From: Pseudomonadota bacterium
GTDB lineage: Bacteria > Pseudomonadota > Gammaproteobacteria > JAKAQQ01
Length of the DNA: 64,000 bases
Assembly: GCA_027320085.1 (NCBI GenBank)
Contig: DAHVLZ010000038.1
Location: 83,786-147,785, forward strand
Direction of reading: 5' to 3'
Every line of letters starts with the position of its first letter. Within the stretch, counting starts at the first letter, position 1. Both the position numbers and the translations under genes were made by a program. The notes under the pieces are model-generated. The model saw only the letters and a program-made list of their open reading frames with translations, did not search any database and was not told the DNA's origin. Shown here one piece after another: positions 59,431-64,000 of this stretch.

Positions 59431-59733
59431 GTGACGCGATCACAACTCATTGAATACATCAGCCAGCGCTACCGGCATTTGCCTCAACAGGACATTGAAT
59501 TGGCCGTGAAAACCATCCTGGAACACCTGGGAACCGCATTGGCCCAGGGCCGCCGGATTGAAATCCGGGGATTCGGCAGTTTTTCACTTCACTACCATAA
59601 GCCACGCATCGGACGGAATCCCAAGACGGGAGAGCCGGTTGCCTTGGCGGGGCGTTTTGTTCCTCATTTCAAACCGGGCAAATCTCTGCGGACCCAAATT
59701 GAGAAATCCGGGGTGCCAATTCAGGAACATTAG
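59431..59733 (+). CDS. ihfB: Integration host factor beta
   Basis: [24 protein letters not shown]; follows rpsA. Confidence 0.96.
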   Translation: MTRSQLIEYISQRYRHLPQQDIELAVKTILEHLGTALAQGRRIEIRGFGSFSLHYHKPRIGRNPKTGEPVALAGRFVPHFKPGKSLRTQIEKSGVPIQEH

Positions 59734-59803
59734 GAGTTCCAGCCGCATCGCACGCGGAAGCGGCTAAAATAGCCAGTGGATGGTTGAGGGTGGGAAACCC
59801 GAC

Positions 59804-60130
59804 ATGAAGAGAGGGTTACTTTCGATTGTGGCCATAGGCGTGCTCGCCGGCCTTTTGATTGTCGCTCTCGAAAACCCAGAGCCCGTGGTGGTGCACCTGC
59901 CCGGATGGCAGGGGGCGACCCCGCTTTTTATGCCTTTCATGACGGGCTTTGCGTTGGGTGGGATCCTCGTGTTTTTGATTTTTCTCCCGACCCGGATCCG
60001 ACTGTCGTGGAGGCTTTACCGCCTGCAACGAGCGCAGAAAACCGGGGAGAATGAGCTACCCGTGGTGAAAGCCTCCCGGAACCCTTTTGTACGCGTTCTC
60101 AAACGGGTCCGCGGAGCACGGGAATCCTGA
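59804..60130 (+). CDS. lapA: Lipopolysaccharide assembly protein A
   Basis: Two TM segments with conserved N (ENPEPV), between ihfB and lapB. Confidence 0.75.
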   Translation: MKRGLLSIVAIGVLAGLLIVALENPEPVVVHLPGWQGATPLFMPFMTGFALGGILVFLIFLPTRIRLSWRLYRLQRAQKTGENELPVVKASRNPFVRVLKRVRGARES

Positions 60131-61359
60131 TGCAGCCGATTGCCTGGTTCTTGCTGGGTCTCCTGTTTGCTGCAGCCGTGGGTGCCTACCTGGAGCGGCG
60201 AGGTCGGAGGCGACGGGCCGGTTCCGTCACCAGTCTGCGCTACTTCACCGGTCTCCGGTACCTTCTGGATGAACAGCCCGATGAAGCCCTCACGGTTTTT
60301 TTGCGGCTCGCCGACGAAAATCCGGAAATCGTGGAAATCCAGCTGGCCGTGGCGCGGCTGTTCCGGCGCAAGGGTGAGCTCGAGCGCTCGATCCGCATCC
60401 ACCAGAACCTGGTGGCCCGGACCCAGCTCGACCGCAAGGATCGCCTGACTGCTCTTTACGAACTGGCCTGCGATTATCTTTCGGCCGGGCTTTACGACCG
60501 CGCGGAGCGCCTGTTCAACGAGTTACTGGAGGACAAGCCCTGGCGGCGCCCGGCACTGACCCAGCTCATCCAGATCCACGAGAATCAGAAAGACTGGGAC
60601 GATGCCTTGCGCTGTGCACATGCGCTCGAGCAGGCCAGCGGAATGAGCTATGGCCGCATCATGGCGCATTACGAGTGTGAAATGGGGCAGGCGGCCTTGG
60701 AGGCTCAGGATCTCCGTGAAGCCCGTGACCGGATCGGAGAAGCCCTGCGCCGGGATCCCGCATCGGTCCGGGCCCATTGGATGATGGGGAAGGTTCTCTG
60801 GCTTGAAAACCGGCCGGCACAAGCCTATCCCCTGTTTGAGCAGGCATTCCGCCTAAAACCGCTATTGGCTCCGGTCACCCTCCGGGAGTTGTGGGTCGCG
60901 ACTGCCGCGGTTCCGTCGAGGGGCGGATTGCAGAAAGTGCTGCGCAAGACGATGCTGGACGAGAATGCCCAGGATGCCGTTGCCCTGGCCCTGATCCTCG
61001 ATTCATCCAGTCCGGTGACCGACTGTGTCTCCTTCCTCCATGATTTTCTCGAACGGCACACGCTTTTGAAATCATTTTGTCCGGCGGGAAATGGAGAGGC
61101 CTGGGCTCTCCGGGTGCGGGAGTCGTTGGCACCGATCTTCCGGCTGACCATGAGGTTTTACTGCGAGGAATGCGGGTACAGCCTGCATACCCATGTCTGG
61201 AAGTGTCCTGGCTGCCATCGCTGGGATTCTTTCCTGCCGCACGAGATTTTGGGAGAACAGCTGGGCAGTTTGGAGAAAACCCGCGCGACGGTTCTTTTCG
61301 ACTATCCGGGTCTTCCTGCTCGTCCTTCCCGACTGACCAATCCCCGGTCCTGGCAATGA
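60130..61359 (+). CDS. lapB: Lipopolysaccharide assembly protein B
   Basis: YFTGLRYLL, RRKGELERSIRIHQNL, AGLYDRAE, rubredoxin CEECG...CPGC. Confidence 0.93.
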   Translation: MQPIAWFLLGLLFAAAVGAYLERRGRRRRAGSVTSLRYFTGLRYLLDEQPDEALTVFLRLADENPEIVEIQLAVARLFRRKGELERSIRIHQNLVARTQLDRKDRLTALYELACDYLSAGLYDRAERLFNELLEDKPWRRPALTQLIQIHENQKDWDDALRCAHALEQASGMSYGRIMAHYECEMGQAALEAQDLREARDRIGEALRRDPASVRAHWMMGKVLWLENRPAQAYPLFEQAFRLKPLLAPVTLRELWVATAAVPSRGGLQKVLRKTMLDENAQDAVALALILDSSSPVTDCVSFLHDFLERHTLLKSFCPAGNGEAWALRVRESLAPIFRLTMRFYCEECGYSLHTHVWKCPGCHRWDSFLPHEILGEQLGSLEKTRATVLFDYPGLPARPSRLTNPRSWQ

Positions 61360-61384
61360 CCATTCAAGCAGAGGAAAGTTGGCG

Positions 61385-62323
61385 ATGAAATCAGGCCGGA
61401 AAAAAAAGTGGGTCCGGACAGCGGTTTTTCCGGTGGCTGGACTGGGAACCCGCTTCCTGCCCGCGACCAAGGCCAGCCCGAAGGAAATGCTGCCGGTGGT
61501 CGACAAGCCGCTGATCCAGTATGCCGTGGAAGAAGCGGTTGAAGCCGGGGTGGATACCCTGATTTTCGTGACGAACCGTAACAAGCGGGCGATCGAGGAC
61601 CATTTTGACCGGGTGCATGAACTCGAGAGCGAGCTTCGGCTTCGGGAAAAGCAAATATTATTGAATAAAATAAAGAACATAGTTCCAAAACATGCGACAA
61701 CGGTTTATCTTCGGCAGCCAGCCGCCCTGGGCTTGGGTCACGCCGTTCTGTGTGCCGCTTCGATCCTGGGGAACAGCCCGTTTTACGTGATCCTGGCGGA
61801 TGATCTCATCCAGTACGAAAACCCTGAGACGTCCAACGTTCTCGAGCAACTGCACGACATCTATGCTCAAGAAGACGCAAGCACCGTGGCTTTGGAACGG
61901 GTTCCCATGGACCACGTCTCACGGTATGGAATCGTCAAGCCCATGCGGACCTCACACCGGCTCTCCCAGATCGAATCCTTCGTCGAGAAACCGGAGATCA
62001 ACGAGGCTCCCTCGGATCTGGCCGTGATCGGCCGCTACCTCTTGACGCCCAGAATCCTGGATTGCCTCCGGGAGACCGGACAGGGGCGGGGCGGGGAGAT
62101 CCAGCTGACGGATGCCCTGAGCCGGCTTTTGGCCCAGGAGCCGGTTTTCGGTTATACCTTCGAGGGGGTCCGCTACGACTGCGGGGACAAGCTGGGATAC
62201 CTTCAGGCGTGTGTGGAAACCGCGCTCCGTCATCCTGACCTACAAGAGGAATTTGCTGATTACCTGCTCGGTCGAGTCCGAAATCTCGAGCCGCTGAGCC
62301 GAAAATCCGAGAGTGGAACCTGA
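61385..62323 (+). CDS. galU: UTP--glucose-1-phosphate uridylyltransferase
   Basis: AGLGTRFLPATK, PKEMLP, GLGHAV, VEKP, EIQLTDA. Confidence 0.97.
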   Translation: MKSGRKKKWVRTAVFPVAGLGTRFLPATKASPKEMLPVVDKPLIQYAVEEAVEAGVDTLIFVTNRNKRAIEDHFDRVHELESELRLREKQILLNKIKNIVPKHATTVYLRQPAALGLGHAVLCAASILGNSPFYVILADDLIQYENPETSNVLEQLHDIYAQEDASTVALERVPMDHVSRYGIVKPMRTSHRLSQIESFVEKPEINEAPSDLAVIGRYLLTPRILDCLRETGQGRGGEIQLTDALSRLLAQEPVFGYTFEGVRYDCGDKLGYLQACVETALRHPDLQEEFADYLLGRVRNLEPLSRKSESGT

Positions 62324-62342
62324 ATCATGCCGTCGTTATTTT

Positions 62343-62371
62343 TTGACGCTTTTTCTTTCTCACGGTAAAAT
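62343..62371 (+). promoter_or_regulatory. Sigma70 stable-RNA promoter
   Basis: TTGACG-17 nt-TAAAAT followed by GC-rich discriminator GCGCCCC. Confidence 0.85.
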
Positions 62372-62383
62372 GCGCCCCGAGGT

Positions 62384-62459
62384 TCCCCGGTAGCTCAGTT
62401 GGTAGAGCAGGTGACTGTTAATCACCGGGTCGGCGGTTCGAGTCCGTCCCGGGGAGCCA
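62384..62459 (+). tRNA. tRNA-Asn (GTT)
   Basis: TCCCCGGTAGCTCAGTTGGTAGAGC...CTGTTAA...GGTTCGAGTCC...GCCA, 76 nt. Confidence 0.98.
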
Positions 62460-62469
62460 TGTGAAACCA

Positions 62470-62505
62470 GGGCTTAGGCATATTTCTAATAAGCCCGTTT
62501 TTTTT
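62470..62505 (+). terminator. Intrinsic terminator after tRNA-Asn
   Basis: GGGCTTA...TAAGCCC stem followed by T8. Confidence 0.75.
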
Positions 62506-62787
62506 GTATGTTTGATTTTCTGCGGTACTGGCGCGACACTAAAGCCGGATTTCCACTGTCGCAATTGATCACAAGATGGATTTTCGCCGGCTTGAAATGA
62601 CCTGTAAAGCCTCTGACGTCTTGCAGCAAGGCGTGGGGCCAGGTTTCGTGATTCCGATCGCACGATGGATAGGGAAATGGAGGTTTAGCCAGAACCCGCC
62701 CAGGGTGAATCAGATGGGCGTTCTGGCCAACTTGGAAGGGCCACAGGACCCGTGCCCCCTGGCTTTGGCAGACAGGGGTTCCCGCCC

Positions 62788-63462
62788 ATGCTGACCACCG
62801 TGGGTTTCTTGGTCTTTCCGGGCGTTCAGTTGTTGGATCTGGCCGGACCCTATGAGATTTTTGCGGCCCTGCCGGATTGTGCAATTCAACTTTTCTGGAA
62901 AACCCACGAACCCATTGTCTGTTCGACAGGGTTGACGTTCCAGCCTACGAGAACACTTCGAGAGGACTCCCCGCTCTCGGTGTTGTGCATTCCGGGCGGC
63001 ACTGGCATCAATCCGCTACTCCTGGACGAAGAGGTACTGTGCTGGGTACGACGACACGCATCCAAGGCGCAATTCGTCACTTCGGTTTGTACGGGCGCCT
63101 TGCTGCTCGGTGCAGCAGGCTTATTGACCGGACGTCGTGCGACAACACACTGGCGCTATCACGACTTGCTCGACAAATTTGGCGCCATTCCAGCCAAGGA
63201 GCGAGTGGTCCAGGATGGTGGCTTGATCACCGGTGGCGGGGTTACGGCGGGGATCGACTTTGGCCTTGCGGTCGTGGCCGCCCTGCGCGGTCCCGCTGTG
63301 GCGGAGGAGATTCAACTCACCTTGGAATATTGTCCCAAGCCCCCCTTTACGGCAGGCCAACCCGAGGAAGCTCCAGAAGCAGTCCTGGCGGCGGTTCGTA
63401 ACCAGACCCGGGTCTTGTATGAGGAAAGGGCTCAGATCGTTCAACACAGGCTCAACCTGTAA
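62788..63462 (+). CDS. DJ-1/PfpI family protein (isonitrile hydratase-like)
   Basis: LDLAGP, CIPGG, TSVCTG nucleophile elbow, ATTHW, GGVTAGIDF, IQLTLEY. Confidence 0.93.
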   Translation: MLTTVGFLVFPGVQLLDLAGPYEIFAALPDCAIQLFWKTHEPIVCSTGLTFQPTRTLREDSPLSVLCIPGGTGINPLLLDEEVLCWVRRHASKAQFVTSVCTGALLLGAAGLLTGRRATTHWRYHDLLDKFGAIPAKERVVQDGGLITGGGVTAGIDFGLAVVAALRGPAVAEEIQLTLEYCPKPPFTAGQPEEAPEAVLAAVRNQTRVLYEERAQIVQHRLNL

Positions 63463-63846
63463 AACGTCGGCGCTGCGCTACGAACTGATCGTGGGGGATA
63501 AAAATGCAGGGGACGGTGGCTTGTTGAAGGTGTTTTACGCTCAAGTCCCGCTGCAGTTTGGTGTTAACCAAGATCGCCAGAGACTGAAAGCTGCCATTGT
63601 CATTCATTAACCCGTGCCTCGACCAATTCTCCCTTCAACGAAAGGATCGAAGAAGCACTCGAGTTCTCTGCCTCCTTGGGCAACACGAAGAATCGCACGC
63701 ACTGCTGATCCGGCAGTCACCTCGCTCGGAGTTCCTGAAACGTCGCGATTTTGTCGGGAAGCGCTGCCTGATCATGGCAGCGAAAAATCGAGATGCGTCT
63801 CCTGCAAGTCGTGTGGCCAGGCAGAGCCGTCCGTGAGAACGGTCGC

Positions 63847-64000
63847 CTAACAATTCTCAAGGTGGCCCCAGGCATGCGTGTTGCCGCCCTGTCGCTTGGC
63901 TTCGTAAAGTCCGCGATCGGCTGCGGCAAGCCAGTCCGGGGGATTGATGTCCCCGGTCTCGAGTGCCACGAGTCCAATGCTTGCCGTCGGCGGGACGCTC
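63847..64000 (-). CDS. C-terminus of a GGDEF-domain protein (partial, enters from right edge)
   Basis: Not in ORF track. Manual translation ...TASIGLVAL...WLAAADRGLYEAKRQGGN...stop matches the GGDEF C-terminal SIG/AD.ALY.AK..G.N pattern. Confidence 0.85.
   Translation of the reverse strand, partial: SVPPTASIGLVALETGDINPPDWLAAADRGLYEAKRQGGNTHAWGHLENC

Noticed and set aside
63233-63853. Short ORFs after the DJ-1 gene
   Set aside because: No recognisable motifs or RBS; may be gene remnants but cannot be supported without a search

Overview
GC-rich, mostly core-genome segment of a gammaproteobacterial-type chromosome (inferred from gene order: uvrY-uvrC-pgsA, mtaD-ubiG-gph, mtnA-gyrA-serC-hisC-cmk-rpsA-ihfB-lapAB-galU, ccmABCDEFGHI). 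It holds about 55 protein genes and four tRNAs: Gly-GCC, Cys-GCA and Leu-TAA on the minus strand, and Asn-GTT on the plus strand. I found no CRISPR array, transposase or integrase. Three genes missing from the ORF track were read manually: a GNAT fusion running off the left edge, ccmD, and a GGDEF C-terminus at the right edge. The most notable observations are: (1) an NHLRC2/SOQ1-like thioredoxin(CCINC)-NHL gene wedged tightly between uvrY and uvrC; (2) a tightly packed operon of single-domain MazG, an unknown protein, MscS and a K+ channel; (3) clean absence of pheA/tyrA/aroA from the serC-hisC-cmk supraoperon; (4) the Gly-Cys-Leu tRNA cluster inverted relative to pgsA around a secreted S9 peptidase; (5) a coupled pair of apparent pseudo-enzymes (squalene-synthase fold without DDxxD, and a YciK-like SDR with YxxxK changed to HxxxA); (6) an isocitrate dehydrogenase with NAD-type residues and GyrA Ala83; (7) exported proteins depleted in acidic residues, suggesting an acidophile. 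All family assignments come from motif recognition by eye; no database search was run.
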